A stretch of 64,000 nucleotides of DNA from a virus, in the IMG/VR virus record IMGVR_UViG_3300013286_000501, positions 16,060 to 80,059 of that record. One strand, given 5' to 3'. The notes beneath the pieces were generated by a model. The model made no database searches. It had not been told where the DNA came from and worked only from the letters and a program-made list of their open reading frames with translations. Every line of letters begins with the position of its first letter. Positions within the stretch are counted from its first letter, which is position 1. Shown here in pieces: positions 37,700 through 47,502 of the stretch. A program made the position numbers and the translations under genes.

Positions 37700-38134
37700 T
37701 TACCTAGCGGGCTCAAGTTCCACTAGATTTTCTAGTAAAAACGAGTCTGGTATATTTTCTATGGTTACAGGGCCGTTATCAATATAGTTAATTGCCCATG
37801 TATCGTCAACACATACTACATTGTATTGCCTAGACTTTGATTTGTCTACATAAGTTTTAACCATGATTACAGATTTGTTAAACCTATCAGTTAGCTTTAA
37901 TGTCCATGCTATCATAACAGCTTTGGTAAAATCATCGTATTTGTTGTCCACAATGATTTCCCAAGGGCTAGGCCAACTAGCTTTATGGTAAGGGTCAATT
38001 TTGTTGTTGTAGGGGATATAGGGAGCCTGTTTCCAGAATGCCCATACATCCTCAAATGGTAAAGTGCTGTTATTTAATTGGGCACGGTGCTGTGCCCACA
38101 ATGACAATCTGTCATCGATTGATTGGCTAAACAT
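37700..38134 (-). CDS. Hypothetical protein
   Basis: WPSPWE motif; follows the structural gene. Confidence 0.65.
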   Translation of the reverse strand: MFSQSIDDRLSLWAQHRAQLNNSTLPFEDVWAFWKQAPYIPYNNKIDPYHKASWPSPWEIIVDNKYDDFTKAVMIAWTLKLTDRFNKSVIMVKTYVDKSKSRQYNVVCVDDTWAINYIDNGPVTIENIPDSFLLENLVELEPAR

Positions 38135-38137
38135 CAA

Positions 38138-40150
38138 TTATTGTAAAATGTTAATATTAAATTCTATGCTAGAAATTGTTGCAGTTGAAGTCGAGTCATT
38201 CCTAGCAGTTAGTGTGACATAATTAGTAGTAGTAGACGATGTTGTATTCACATCTATTACAATAGGGCTTGATACAGATCTTGCCAAAATATATTGATTT
38301 AGATTATCAAATGTCATTACTGGAGCAGACTGTGTATCAAATACTGCAACGTTTCCACTACTGGTATTAAAGTAAGTTATCTGTGCAGCATTATTGTTAT
38401 TGGCTGTGTCTACAAGGAACCATGTTCCATCTGTTTCAACAGGTGTTCCCGGATACGGCTCACTAACTCCGATGATGTCTCTAAAATTGCGATGGTCAAC
38501 TAAATTAACTACAAATTGTGTAGGACTATGTAGTACACCTGTAGATGTTGATATGTTTTCTTCAATAACAAGATCGCTAGAATTAAAATTGTAAGTATCT
38601 GTTAATGATGCAAATGCTTCCGTTGAAGTACTTGATGATCCTACATTAACTACAACGTTACCTTTTCTAGACAACACAGTATTAACCAACTGGTACTGAA
38701 TAGTAACCATCTGGTCGTAATCATTCAAACCAATTTTCATTAAGTTTTGAATTCCGTGTGTAACTGAAGTATATGTTCCAATGGTTGCAGTGAATACAGC
38801 ACTATCATCTATAATTGCTCTGCCTTTTACTAATGGGTAGTAATAAAATGCCGCATTGGTTGTAGAGTTAGCAACTGTTCTTCTATGGAAATAGTCATTA
38901 ACAGTTTTGTTGCCTTCGGAATAAAAAGTGATAACAGATGTTGCTGTAGAATTAATAGTGGTGTGATCATCTAGTTCACGACCGTTGCCAACCTGTACAA
39001 AATAATTATTTTCGCTAACATGCATAGTCTTGTTGGTACTGGGTCCAACGAAGATAGCTTCACGTACAATACTCTTAAATCTATTAGAGCTAATCAATCC
39101 GTTAGTTGGACCTAACAATGCATCAGATGCATATAATGATACACCTCTATCTAGATTACTAAACACGTTGTCAGTTATAACAGGACGAACAATAGTACCT
39201 GTACCTTCTACACCTGTGTACAACCTATCAAAATTACATCTGTGGATCTGTATATTTTCGCATAGGTTAACATCACCCGATTCAATGCCACCACCTGTTC
39301 CTCTAATAGAAATTCCAATACCACTACCTACAAGACTATATGTAGCTGTGCTAGTTGTATCAATAGCTGTTCTAAAAGATACATTTTCAATAATAGTATT
39401 CAACACATTGTCGACAGATATCAATGCAGGACTAGCGGCATTGTTAGTTGATGTAGAATACCGCAATGTCATACCTTTGATGGTGACTTGTCTTGCACGT
39501 TTTACACCACCGCTCATACCCACTTCATATGTATGCCCTTCTGCATCAACAGTTCTAAACATGTTGGTGATAGTAGATGCTAATGTTAATGTAGTTAATT
39601 CCTGTCCTTCACCTTCGATAGAAGTATATGGAGGCAAATTTATAACTTCATTAATCAAGTAGTTGCCTGCCGGAACAATTAGTTTACGTCTAGCATCTCT
39701 TCTTTGTAGATCACTCCAGTTTCCATTCTTAAACAAATCATTGACTGCTAGTTGAAATTTAGCAGTAATATCAGTAGCTGTGGAACTTACTCTAACATCA
39801 TAGTCTGTTAAGTTAACTGTATTGTCTGACTTGACGGCAACTGAAGAAATAGACGAATGTATAAAATTTACACCATCTCTATATTTGTATGAGCTAGTAG
39901 TAGCATCTTGACTATGAGGGCGGAATGTACTAAAAATACCACCTAACTGATCAATAATATCAGCCTTGTCATTATCAGTTAAGATACGCGAGTTGTTATC
40001 GTTTGTAGCACCTTCTGATATGCGCTTACCAATATATAAGTGTTCAGTATCTTCTGCCCATCCAAATTCGCCGGGTGCTAGTTGCGGAATGCCCGTTTGA
40101 TTTTCTTGTCCTCTACGGATTTGTATCTTCGCTATTTCTAAAATTGCCAT
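38138..40150 (-). CDS. Virion protein with beta-helix (pectate-lyase-like) domain
   Basis: KIQIRRG...LAPGEFGWAED N-terminus, VPAGNYLI, repeated Asn-ladder beta motifs. Confidence 0.7.
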   Translation of the reverse strand: MAILEIAKIQIRRGQENQTGIPQLAPGEFGWAEDTEHLYIGKRISEGATNDNNSRILTDNDKADIIDQLGGIFSTFRPHSQDATTSSYKYRDGVNFIHSSISSVAVKSDNTVNLTDYDVRVSSTATDITAKFQLAVNDLFKNGNWSDLQRRDARRKLIVPAGNYLINEVINLPPYTSIEGEGQELTTLTLASTITNMFRTVDAEGHTYEVGMSGGVKRARQVTIKGMTLRYSTSTNNAASPALISVDNVLNTIIENVSFRTAIDTTSTATYSLVGSGIGISIRGTGGGIESGDVNLCENIQIHRCNFDRLYTGVEGTGTIVRPVITDNVFSNLDRGVSLYASDALLGPTNGLISSNRFKSIVREAIFVGPSTNKTMHVSENNYFVQVGNGRELDDHTTINSTATSVITFYSEGNKTVNDYFHRRTVANSTTNAAFYYYPLVKGRAIIDDSAVFTATIGTYTSVTHGIQNLMKIGLNDYDQMVTIQYQLVNTVLSRKGNVVVNVGSSSTSTEAFASLTDTYNFNSSDLVIEENISTSTGVLHSPTQFVVNLVDHRNFRDIIGVSEPYPGTPVETDGTWFLVDTANNNNAAQITYFNTSSGNVAVFDTQSAPVMTFDNLNQYILARSVSSPIVIDVNTTSSTTTNYVTLTARNDSTSTATISSIEFNINILQ

Positions 40151-40179
40151 GGAAATATCCCTTGTATGGGATATTTATC

Positions 40180-40905
40180 TTACTGTGTGAGCAATTGCTT
40201 CAAGCCGTTCATGCCTGTAGTATAGTATTCTTCTACTTTACCCAACCAAATATCTTCATATTTGTTAAAGTTATCTTTAGTTAAATCAAATTGTTGATAC
40301 TGTAGATCTCTGCTACACATAAAGATAACACCTCTACGAATGTCAGTACCATATACTTCATTATGTGCTAGGATATAGGCAACTAACTGCACATAGTAAT
40401 CTTCAACCCACTCTGCTTTTTTTGCCTTGTTTGATTGTTTGTGGTCGCAAACTGCTGGTTCACCTTCAAACACTCCTACCAAGTCTGTAGTTCCGCTGTA
40501 CAGTCCTGGGAAGTATAATGACTGTTCCATGGCCCATACTTCGTTCATTTTGATTAGTCCGTTTTCGATAATAACATCGGCCATTTTGTTAGCCTGCACA
40601 TGCACCGCATTATTGCCGGGCTGTCGTTGTTCGCCAATTAGGAAACGTTCTAGGTTGGCGTGCATACTTGTTCCTACAGAAGCGGCTTCGGTGGTAATTT
40701 GTTGTGCCTTTTCAACACCTACTCGTTTCTTCCATTCATTTAAATGTGTCATATCTTTTGTTGCACCTAGAATAGTTGTTACGCTAGGCAACGACTCACC
40801 ATCCGGAGTTTGATAAACACGCTTCCTTGTTACGGGATCGTTTACCTGTACGCAGTTTTTATATTGGAATCGTTCAATGAACGGAGGAGGAGTATATATA
40901 GTCAT
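40180..40905 (-). CDS. PD-(D/E)xK exonuclease (Cas4/MGME1-like phage type)
   Basis: PSVTTIL, GTSMH, GTTD, DHK, QLVAY; TTGACA-17-TATAAT at 40913-40941. Confidence 0.85.
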   Translation of the reverse strand: MTIYTPPPFIERFQYKNCVQVNDPVTRKRVYQTPDGESLPSVTTILGATKDMTHLNEWKKRVGVEKAQQITTEAASVGTSMHANLERFLIGEQRQPGNNAVHVQANKMADVIIENGLIKMNEVWAMEQSLYFPGLYSGTTDLVGVFEGEPAVCDHKQSNKAKKAEWVEDYYVQLVAYILAHNEVYGTDIRRGVIFMCSRDLQYQQFDLTKDNFNKYEDIWLGKVEEYYTTGMNGLKQLLTQ

Positions 40906-40937
40906 AAACTTAATTATAACTATATATTCTCATGATG

Positions 40938-41279
40938 TCAAATTTTAGGAGTAAGATCCGAATTTGATTTTGCCATTTGATCTACGCTAGAGCCCGAAGA
41001 TTTTTTAACAGCCGGATCTTGTGCATCGCCGGGCACTTTTGTTTTTAATACCACTGTGCCGTTGTCTAAAATATCTTGGATTACATCACCAGCTGGATCA
41101 ACTTCATTCTTAAGTGCAATTAGTCCGTCCGGTGTGCTGATGCCTAAACCAAATGGACGGATCATATTCATCACTGCAGGAAAAGGCAACTCTGATGGTT
41201 GCCCTTGCTTGTTTGCTAGTCCTTGGAATACTGCTAGAACATCTCTAGCAGATCCCAAATCTACTTCCAGTAATCTCAT
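40938..41279 (-). CDS. Hypothetical protein (likely head-associated)
   Basis: MRLLE start; late operon. Confidence 0.65.
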   Translation of the reverse strand: MRLLEVDLGSARDVLAVFQGLANKQGQPSELPFPAVMNMIRPFGLGISTPDGLIALKNEVDPAGDVIQDILDNGTVVLKTKVPGDAQDPAVKKSSGSSVDQMAKSNSDLTPKI

Positions 41280-42763
41280 TACTTGGCTAGTTTAGACATG
41301 ATGCTGTGTGATTCAGCTAGCTTGCGAGCAAACTTGCTTTCACGCATTGCGCGACCACTTGTCTCTGGTCCACCGGCAGCAGCATCAGCAGCGCCAAATT
41401 CATCACCAGCTGGCATTGGATTCATTTCATCAGGAGCACTCATGTCCATTCCATCTTCTGGAGGCATACCTGGCTCCATACCCATTGGCTCTTCTGGCAT
41501 ACCGCCACCTGCTAGAGCAGCAACAGCAGCACTGATAGTTTCACGTTGTTGTGTTAGTACTTCTAGAGTAGCACTTAATGCAGGAGCAACTGCGGCTTTG
41601 AATGCTTCGGATTCAGCTTGACCAAAGTCTGCCTTGATACTATCAGCTAATTCAATCATGCTCTTGGTTTGATATTGACCAACACGTTGCATCCAGCTTG
41701 TATAGTCATTGACCATGTCGCCAGCAGCAGTAATAGCTTTAGCTTTACCTTCTTCGTCTTCTGACAACAAGAACTGTAAGCTCTCATTTACAAAACGTAC
41801 ATTGTGTTTAAAATTGCTTTCTTCTAGTTGACCAGCTTTTTTCATCTTTTGGAATTGTGCGCCAGCAATTTTCTGACCTTTTTCACCTCCACCCGCTTTC
41901 TTGGCAAGTGCTTTGAAACCAGTAGTCTTGTTGTTGTGCTTGCCCATGTCGCCTTCGTACATGCCCATACATTCTTTGCAGTCACAATCATTAGGATGTG
42001 CTTTGCCTTCTTTCATTTTCTTATCGCTGTCAGGAGTCTTTGGAGCATCCTTGCCACCATAGTTCTTACCAGCAGTGTGCTTTAGGCCAGTAGCAGTCTT
42101 TGTGATTTCGCCACCTGTGCTAGACTTCTTCTTCTCGCCAGCTTTCATACCAGCTGTACCAGCGGCAGCTTTTTTAGCATCGTCAACAGTTGGGAAGCCT
42201 TCCTTAACTGGATATTCTTTACCGCCTACTTTAACTTTCTCGCCAGGTTGAATACCATCTTTCTTTGCGTTGCGAACAGCTTGGCCAAAGGCGTTACCTT
42301 CTAGTTCTTTTTCATCTTTCTTGATAGTCTCTTTGACTTTAGCACTCTTGGCCGCGCTTTTCATCGGTTCGGCCTTGTTACCGTCTTTGTCTAAATCAAG
42401 AAAGTCTGGTTTACTGCCTTTAGCTTTCTTGGCATGTTTGATGTCGCGTACACCTTTTTTGGCCTCGCTTAATTGATCCATACGATCGCGTAGTTGTTGC
42501 ATTTGTTCGCCTAGCATTTCTTTAATCCTTGTGTTTAGCAAATCTAACATTGCTTTATCTTTTTGGTATGTCTCGTTGGTCAGCAGGTCATTAATACCAG
42601 CGGCACCTTCCTGTTGAAAAATACGTGTGCGTAACTTGTTACGTATGTCTTCTAGCTGTTCTCTGTCATACTTGGCTAGATTAACACGAGCACCGAAACG
42701 CTTTTCCAAGTCCTCTTTGAGTTGAGCACTTGTAATTGCTTTGTTAAAATCTGTGGTTTTCAT
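41279..42763 (-). CDS. Charged scaffold/core-like protein
   Basis: 494 aa, K/E-rich; DFLDLDKDG motif; many xxE sites; TAAATA upstream. Confidence 0.6.
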   Translation of the reverse strand: MKTTDFNKAITSAQLKEDLEKRFGARVNLAKYDREQLEDIRNKLRTRIFQQEGAAGINDLLTNETYQKDKAMLDLLNTRIKEMLGEQMQQLRDRMDQLSEAKKGVRDIKHAKKAKGSKPDFLDLDKDGNKAEPMKSAAKSAKVKETIKKDEKELEGNAFGQAVRNAKKDGIQPGEKVKVGGKEYPVKEGFPTVDDAKKAAAGTAGMKAGEKKKSSTGGEITKTATGLKHTAGKNYGGKDAPKTPDSDKKMKEGKAHPNDCDCKECMGMYEGDMGKHNNKTTGFKALAKKAGGGEKGQKIAGAQFQKMKKAGQLEESNFKHNVRFVNESLQFLLSEDEEGKAKAITAAGDMVNDYTSWMQRVGQYQTKSMIELADSIKADFGQAESEAFKAAVAPALSATLEVLTQQRETISAAVAALAGGGMPEEPMGMEPGMPPEDGMDMSAPDEMNPMPAGDEFGAADAAAGGPETSGRAMRESKFARKLAESHSIMSKLAK

Positions 42764-42791
42764 GTAAGTTCCAAAAAGTGTTTAGTATTAT

Positions 42792-43259
42792 TTATACGAG
42801 TTTTCGAAGTTTCTCGAAACTCTTGTTAATAGTAGTGCGACATTGTTCTTTTTTGGCACGAGCTACAGTACATTTACCCATCATTACTTCAAAGTGTTCT
42901 AATGATTTCTTCTTGCTTAATCGAACAGCACGTTCATGTACCATTTCATCAAACAGGGCATAACCATAGTTTTGATCTTCTTTAAGTAGCGCATCATCCA
43001 AAAACTTGCCTAGTGCTAATCCGTTGGCTAGCAAAATAGCAGTATGGGGTAAATTAATTTGATCAACAATTGCATCACCACTGCGATTAACTATAGCATA
43101 AAATCCATCAGAATCTTTAGTTATAGTGAAATTATCTAGTGTTATTGATCCGTCTTTATTTTCTACAGGAATTACAAGTCCCTTACGGCGAAAATCTTGT
43201 TTGACTTCCGTAGAGACTTTTATCAACTTCTTATATAGTTCGTCAGTTAGTGGTTTCAT
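42792..43259 (-). CDS. Hypothetical protein
   Basis: 155-aa ORF. Confidence 0.65.
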   Translation of the reverse strand: MKPLTDELYKKLIKVSTEVKQDFRRKGLVIPVENKDGSITLDNFTITKDSDGFYAIVNRSGDAIVDQINLPHTAILLANGLALGKFLDDALLKEDQNYGYALFDEMVHERAVRLSKKKSLEHFEVMMGKCTVARAKKEQCRTTINKSFEKLRKLV

Positions 43260-43452
43260 TTACATTATTGATCAGTGTAGTGCTGTCTTTACTTATTGCG
43301 TAAATGCCCTTACGAACTAAACTCTGGGCTAGCCACTTATCATGCTCGTCTAGGCTTGTTAGTCTAACATCTTTCTCAAAACGTTCCATGAACTTTTGTT
43401 CTTCGTTAGTGACTGGGATTCTTACACCCGATAGGAGCTGATGGATTTTCAT
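43243..43452 (-). CDS. Hypothetical protein
   Basis: 69 aa, overlapping neighbours. Confidence 0.6.
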   Translation of the reverse strand: MKIHQLLSGVRIPVTNEEQKFMERFEKDVRLTSLDEHDKWLAQSLVRKGIYAISKDSTTLINNVNETTN

Positions 43453-43793
43453 GGTGTAGGTTGTTGCATTTGCTGTTGCATCTGCTGTTGTTTCTGTTTG
43501 AGGCCTACAATCTGTGCTGCAATTTTATCAAGGTCTGTCATTGTAGTTTTCATACCTTGTTGCAGAGCTGGATTGATAGGAACAGGTTGTGATCCAGTAG
43601 CTGTTTGTTGTTGCGGCTGTTGACCAATTTTAGGAGCATTGGGGTTAGGTGGTGTTGTTGCTACAGGCTGTGTTCCGGGCGCGGGAGGAATAGTTCCTGC
43701 AGGAGCACCAGTCTTGGGCAATCCATTTGGCTGCAAAGGATCAGTGGTAGAACCAATAGTTCCTATAGCTTCGAATAACTCTTTAATTTTCAT
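43449..43793 (-). CDS. Pro/Gln-rich hypothetical protein
   Basis: MKIKELFE start. Confidence 0.65.
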   Translation of the reverse strand: MKIKELFEAIGTIGSTTDPLQPNGLPKTGAPAGTIPPAPGTQPVATTPPNPNAPKIGQQPQQQTATGSQPVPINPALQQGMKTTMTDLDKIAAQIVGLKQKQQQMQQQMQQPTP

Positions 43794-43794
43794 G

Positions 43795-44031
43795 TTAACT
43801 CATTTTTGTTAGTATAACAAGAACTACGCTTATAACACCAGTTACTACTGTACCTGCTGTACCTACTAATACTTTGAACATGCTATTGTGGCTGTCCTCG
43901 ATTAGTTTTTGTAAAGAACCAACTTTGTTTTCAATAGTGGTCAATCTATTTTCTATTTGACTATAGCGTAATGCACACAGTTCTACGTGTGTTTCTAAAT
44001 TCTCTTTTTCGATTTCCGTGGGTGACGACAT
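43795..44031 (-). CDS. Coiled-coil plus C-terminal TM protein (holin/XhlA-like candidate)
   Basis: HVELCALRY, heptads, terminal TM helix. Confidence 0.5.
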   Translation of the reverse strand: MSSPTEIEKENLETHVELCALRYSQIENRLTTIENKVGSLQKLIEDSHNSMFKVLVGTAGTVVTGVISVVLVILTKMS

Positions 44032-44076
44032 GTATATGCTCCAAAATGACGCGCTAATAACCTAACTAACCGTTGC

Positions 44077-44505
44077 CTATATTGCGCCTTTGAGAGCCTT
44101 GATGATTGTGTTTTTATATTGACTATCTTTGAGATCGAAGATAGCCTTGTCAATATTTATCGTTTCTAAAAGATTTTTGGTAAACGGCACTTGATTGAGG
44201 TCATTGACTAGTTCACCGACTGGATCATTTCTATCATCTGTATATACTCCTTCGCGATCTGGGGTAATTCTAAATGTCCATACAGTATGTTTGCCTTTGT
44301 ATGCACTGCCAAAGCCCATGTCTTTAATATCAACGGTGTCAAATGCAGGACGACTATCGTAGCTGACAATAGATCTAATCTCAATACACTGCATCAGTGT
44401 GATAAAGTTTCGTTGTTGATCTAACTGTAGCTGTGTGCCTTGATTGGGTCTTATCACTCTGGTGTTAGTGATATCAACTAGTGTTTGAATTTCTATGATC
44501 TGCAT
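44077..44505 (-). CDS. Hypothetical protein
   Basis: TLVDITNT...QQRNF; TAAATA upstream. Confidence 0.65.
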   Translation of the reverse strand: MQIIEIQTLVDITNTRVIRPNQGTQLQLDQQRNFITLMQCIEIRSIVSYDSRPAFDTVDIKDMGFGSAYKGKHTVWTFRITPDREGVYTDDRNDPVGELVNDLNQVPFTKNLLETINIDKAIFDLKDSQYKNTIIKALKGAI

Positions 44506-44534
44506 AATATACCTATATAATATATTTATGCCAC

Positions 44535-44565
44535 AAAAAAAGGTACTTAAAAAAGCACCTTCTTT
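44535..44565 (-). terminator. Intrinsic terminator
   Basis: AAGGTGCTT/AAGTACCTT stem plus T-run. Confidence 0.6.
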
Positions 44566-44583
44566 GTTTTCTAACTTTTAATA

Positions 44584-44985
44584 TTAGAATGCGTTACCAC
44601 GAACACCAGCAGCTACAGTAGTAGAACCGTTAGCAATACCTTGTAAGGCACCAGTAACTGTACCAGAAGCCTGGATTAGAGTAGTTAGACGTTGAACAAA
44701 AGTCTGGCTGCTATTACCGTCATACATTTCAGTACCAAAGTCGCCGCCAAGTGCTGCAACAGCGATTGGCAATGTTGTTGTAGAAACTGTACCGATCAAC
44801 TCAATGCTAGCAATTTGACTGATAGCTTCTAGAGCTTGTGCAACTGGACTCTTAACACCCGCAACAGTAGCAGTTAAAACACCACTAACATCACCTGGGA
44901 ATGTGATTGTAACGAACTGTAGAGATACACCGTTCTTATAAAAAGGCGCTACAACCTTTTCGTTTTTCTTAATAATTTGAGCCAT
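44584..44985 (-). CDS. Monocistronic late protein, candidate virion decoration protein
   Basis: AGGAGG RBS, TAAATA, 5' hairpin, own terminator; small-residue-rich. Confidence 0.55.
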   Translation of the reverse strand: MAQIIKKNEKVVAPFYKNGVSLQFVTITFPGDVSGVLTATVAGVKSPVAQALEAISQIASIELIGTVSTTTLPIAVAALGGDFGTEMYDGNSSQTFVQRLTTLIQASGTVTGALQGIANGSTTVAAGVRGNAF

Positions 44986-45086
44986 TTTGGCCTCCTAATC
45001 TTTTTATTTTTGAGCTTCCCTATGAAGCTCTAGTGTAATTATTTATCAAATTGATAAAATAATATCCAATATGGGTATAAAACTGA

Positions 45087-45386
45087 TCAATCGTCGTCTT
45101 TAAGATCGCCTTCTATAATGGTCAAATGACGGGCGGTTTCTTTACTATCACGTAGTCTGCGTATGCTACGGACAAATTTGCTAGAATCACCACCTTTGAT
45201 ACTGTTGAGCAATCTACGTTCTAACTCGTAGGCCTGTTCTAGTGGAAAGTTTTCTTTGATCAGTGTCAATAAATTGATGGCACTGTCAATAACATGAGTA
45301 GCCCTAGCTTCGATGATAGCTTCACCATTCTTCTTTTCGGATATGGAATTAAGTTCTTCTAATAGACTTTTAGTGGCTCGTTTCAA
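45087..45386 (-). CDS. Hypothetical protein
   Basis: 99 aa; TTG start. Confidence 0.65.
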   Translation of the reverse strand: MKRATKSLLEELNSISEKKNGEAIIEARATHVIDSAINLLTLIKENFPLEQAYELERRLLNSIKGGDSSKFVRSIRRLRDSKETARHLTIIEGDLKDDD

Positions 45387-45562
45387 GTTAGTGTCCTTTT
45401 TGATATTTAGTATTATTATAGCATAGATATTGTAAAACTAACATTAGTATTGGCTCACTAAAGAAAAGACTTTTGCGGCGGCGCAACATATGTTATACTA
45501 AATACAATATCAGTGTTTACCATGAGTCGATACTGATAAAACATAACACACAGGAGAAAATT

Positions 45563-45751
45563 ATGTTAAATGAATTAGCCCTATACTTCCAAAAGATGTT
45601 TAGCGCATTTGATAAGCCATTAACCTATGGCTCGGCACTAGAAAATTATATTGTTAGCCACAATCCACAAGACGGATGCGATGTTGACCGTCTAACTAGA
45701 GAGTTTGATCTAAAAAATTCAACTCGTACCACAGCAGGGTGGCCAGTATGA
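45563..45751 (+). CDS. Small hypothetical protein
   Basis: AGGAG RBS; LENYIVSHNPQDGCDVDRLTREF. Confidence 0.6.
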   Translation: MLNELALYFQKMFSAFDKPLTYGSALENYIVSHNPQDGCDVDRLTREFDLKNSTRTTAGWPV

Positions 45752-45925
45752 TTATGAAAATATTAACTGCTATTTTTGATTTCCTAATAGAACTTGGCGA
45801 ATATCGTTATGAAGTTATGAAGTCCCATGGTTATAAGGCATGGTATTGATATGAGTAAAGATTGTTCTTTATTTTCAGTTGGTATTATGCTGTTCCTTTT
45901 TGGTATGCTTGTACTAGTAGTTTAA

Positions 45926-46483
45926 ATGCCACATGCTACCGTTAGACGGGTATTGCCACACGAATACCATAAGTATAGATCACACCTTAAGGCCTTGGAT
46001 GCGGAATCTAAGACACTCCGGTTTGGTCATCCTGTCACTGACTATGTGATAGACAACTTATGTGATAAGTTTGAAACAGATATCAGCAATCATGTATTAT
46101 TTGCTATAGAAAACCGTAAGTTAGAATTTATTGCCGTGGGACATATTGCATTAGATGGAGGTATGGAACTGGCATTTAGTGTGCTCAAGAAACATCAAGG
46201 CCGAGGCTTTGGTAATTTATTAATGAAGCGTTGCATACAATACTGCCGCACACACGATATACTTAACGGCAACATGATCTGTTTAAGTTCCAACTCTGTT
46301 ATTCGTCATCTATGCAAGAAGTATGACATCAGCATAGAAAATGATCACGGCGAAAGCCTTGCTAACATTCAATTGCCGCCTGCTGGCATCGATACCTACA
46401 TCAGTGAAACTATAGACAACAACATGTCTGCATTAGACTACATTACCAAGCGGGCAAATAACAACACACTATTTTTATCGTAA
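45926..46483 (+). CDS. GNAT acetyltransferase
   Basis: LRFG, ELAFSVLKKHQGRGFG (acetyl-CoA motif A). Confidence 0.88.
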   Translation: MPHATVRRVLPHEYHKYRSHLKALDAESKTLRFGHPVTDYVIDNLCDKFETDISNHVLFAIENRKLEFIAVGHIALDGGMELAFSVLKKHQGRGFGNLLMKRCIQYCRTHDILNGNMICLSSNSVIRHLCKKYDISIENDHGESLANIQLPPAGIDTYISETIDNNMSALDYITKRANNNTLFLS

Positions 46484-46573
46484 AGATTGTTTTACACAGA
46501 TAGTCTGTGTATAATAAATACATAGACAGCAATAATGCTGTTTACACATAGACATACACATAAGGAGAATAAT

Positions 46574-46846
46574 ATGTCAAATACATTCAATGCACCAAAA
46601 CTACCAGAAGTTAAATTTAACAAGAATGGATACGAACTGAGAACAGATATCTTGGGCATGGCAAAAAGCCTAGTACAAGATGACTTTAGTGCTAAGTTCC
46701 AAGGATGGGAAATGACTGCTGCTCGTGATGAGAAGACTGGTCAAATCGTTAGTACAGTTAAGATGCCAGAGTTCCCAGGACTTGACAAAGTTCTAGAAAC
46801 AGCGGAAAAAATGTACGCATTTGTCAACGCTGGCACAAAGAAATAA
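46574..46846 (+). CDS. Hypothetical protein
   Basis: AAGGAG RBS; KNGYELRTDIL. Confidence 0.7.
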   Translation: MSNTFNAPKLPEVKFNKNGYELRTDILGMAKSLVQDDFSAKFQGWEMTAARDEKTGQIVSTVKMPEFPGLDKVLETAEKMYAFVNAGTKK

Positions 46847-46898
46847 TATAATAAAAATAATATTAGGGCATAGCCCAAAAATAATATAGTAAGTAATG

Positions 46899-46923
46899 AA
46901 AAAGGACCTTCGGGTCCTTTTTC
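46899..46923. terminator. Bidirectional intrinsic terminator
   Basis: AAAAAGGACC-TTCG-GGTCCTTTTT between convergent genes. Confidence 0.88.
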
Positions 46924-46939
46924 TACGAGTCCGGAGTAA

Positions 46940-47356
46940 TTATATAATAATTGGTTTAGAGGATAGATAGTTTGGGTATTGGCGGTTAAAATGGCGCATG
47001 ATAATCCCCGCCATTTGGTTTGCTTGATTTTCTTCCGGACTACCTGTGACGCCGCTTTGGTCGTTAAGTTGATGCTCCGAGTCCTGCTTGTAGTGAGTTA
47101 GTTCGTGTGCCACTGTGCGTAGTATGTCATTAGGATGACGGTCTGCTAGTGCAACATATAGAGTATGTTCACCATTGACATACATACCAAACGTTGGTTG
47201 ATGTACGTCTTTAATATGCGAAGTGAAATGCATCTTGGGTAGATGATCTAACTCTAAATAGTGCATGGCTAACGGCAAGAATTTAGAAAACATTTCTACA
47301 AAGTCTTCTTTACTATTACCGTGGACGTTTTCAGTGAGGAATTGTGCAGCTCGCAT
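46940..47356 (-). CDS. Zincin-like metallopeptidase domain protein
   Basis: AHELTH...ENQAN; MRAAQFLTE start. Confidence 0.7.
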   Translation of the reverse strand: MRAAQFLTENVHGNSKEDFVEMFSKFLPLAMHYLELDHLPKMHFTSHIKDVHQPTFGMYVNGEHTLYVALADRHPNDILRTVAHELTHYKQDSEHQLNDQSGVTGSPEENQANQMAGIIMRHFNRQYPNYLSSKPIII

Positions 47357-47502
47357 ACTTGTATTTAGTTGCCGCTTACTTTATGCGGCACCGCGTTTTT
47401 TAAGGCCCGGTAGTGTAATTACGCCAAGTGCTTACGGCACAACTCGGACGCCCGGAGCAAGCTCCTAACCGTTGCGACAACGATCCCAAGGTGGGTGTTC
47501 TT

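Noticed and set aside
40180-40905. CRISPR-associated Cas4
   Set aside because: No Fe-S cysteine cluster and no other cas genes; a common stand-alone phage exonuclease.
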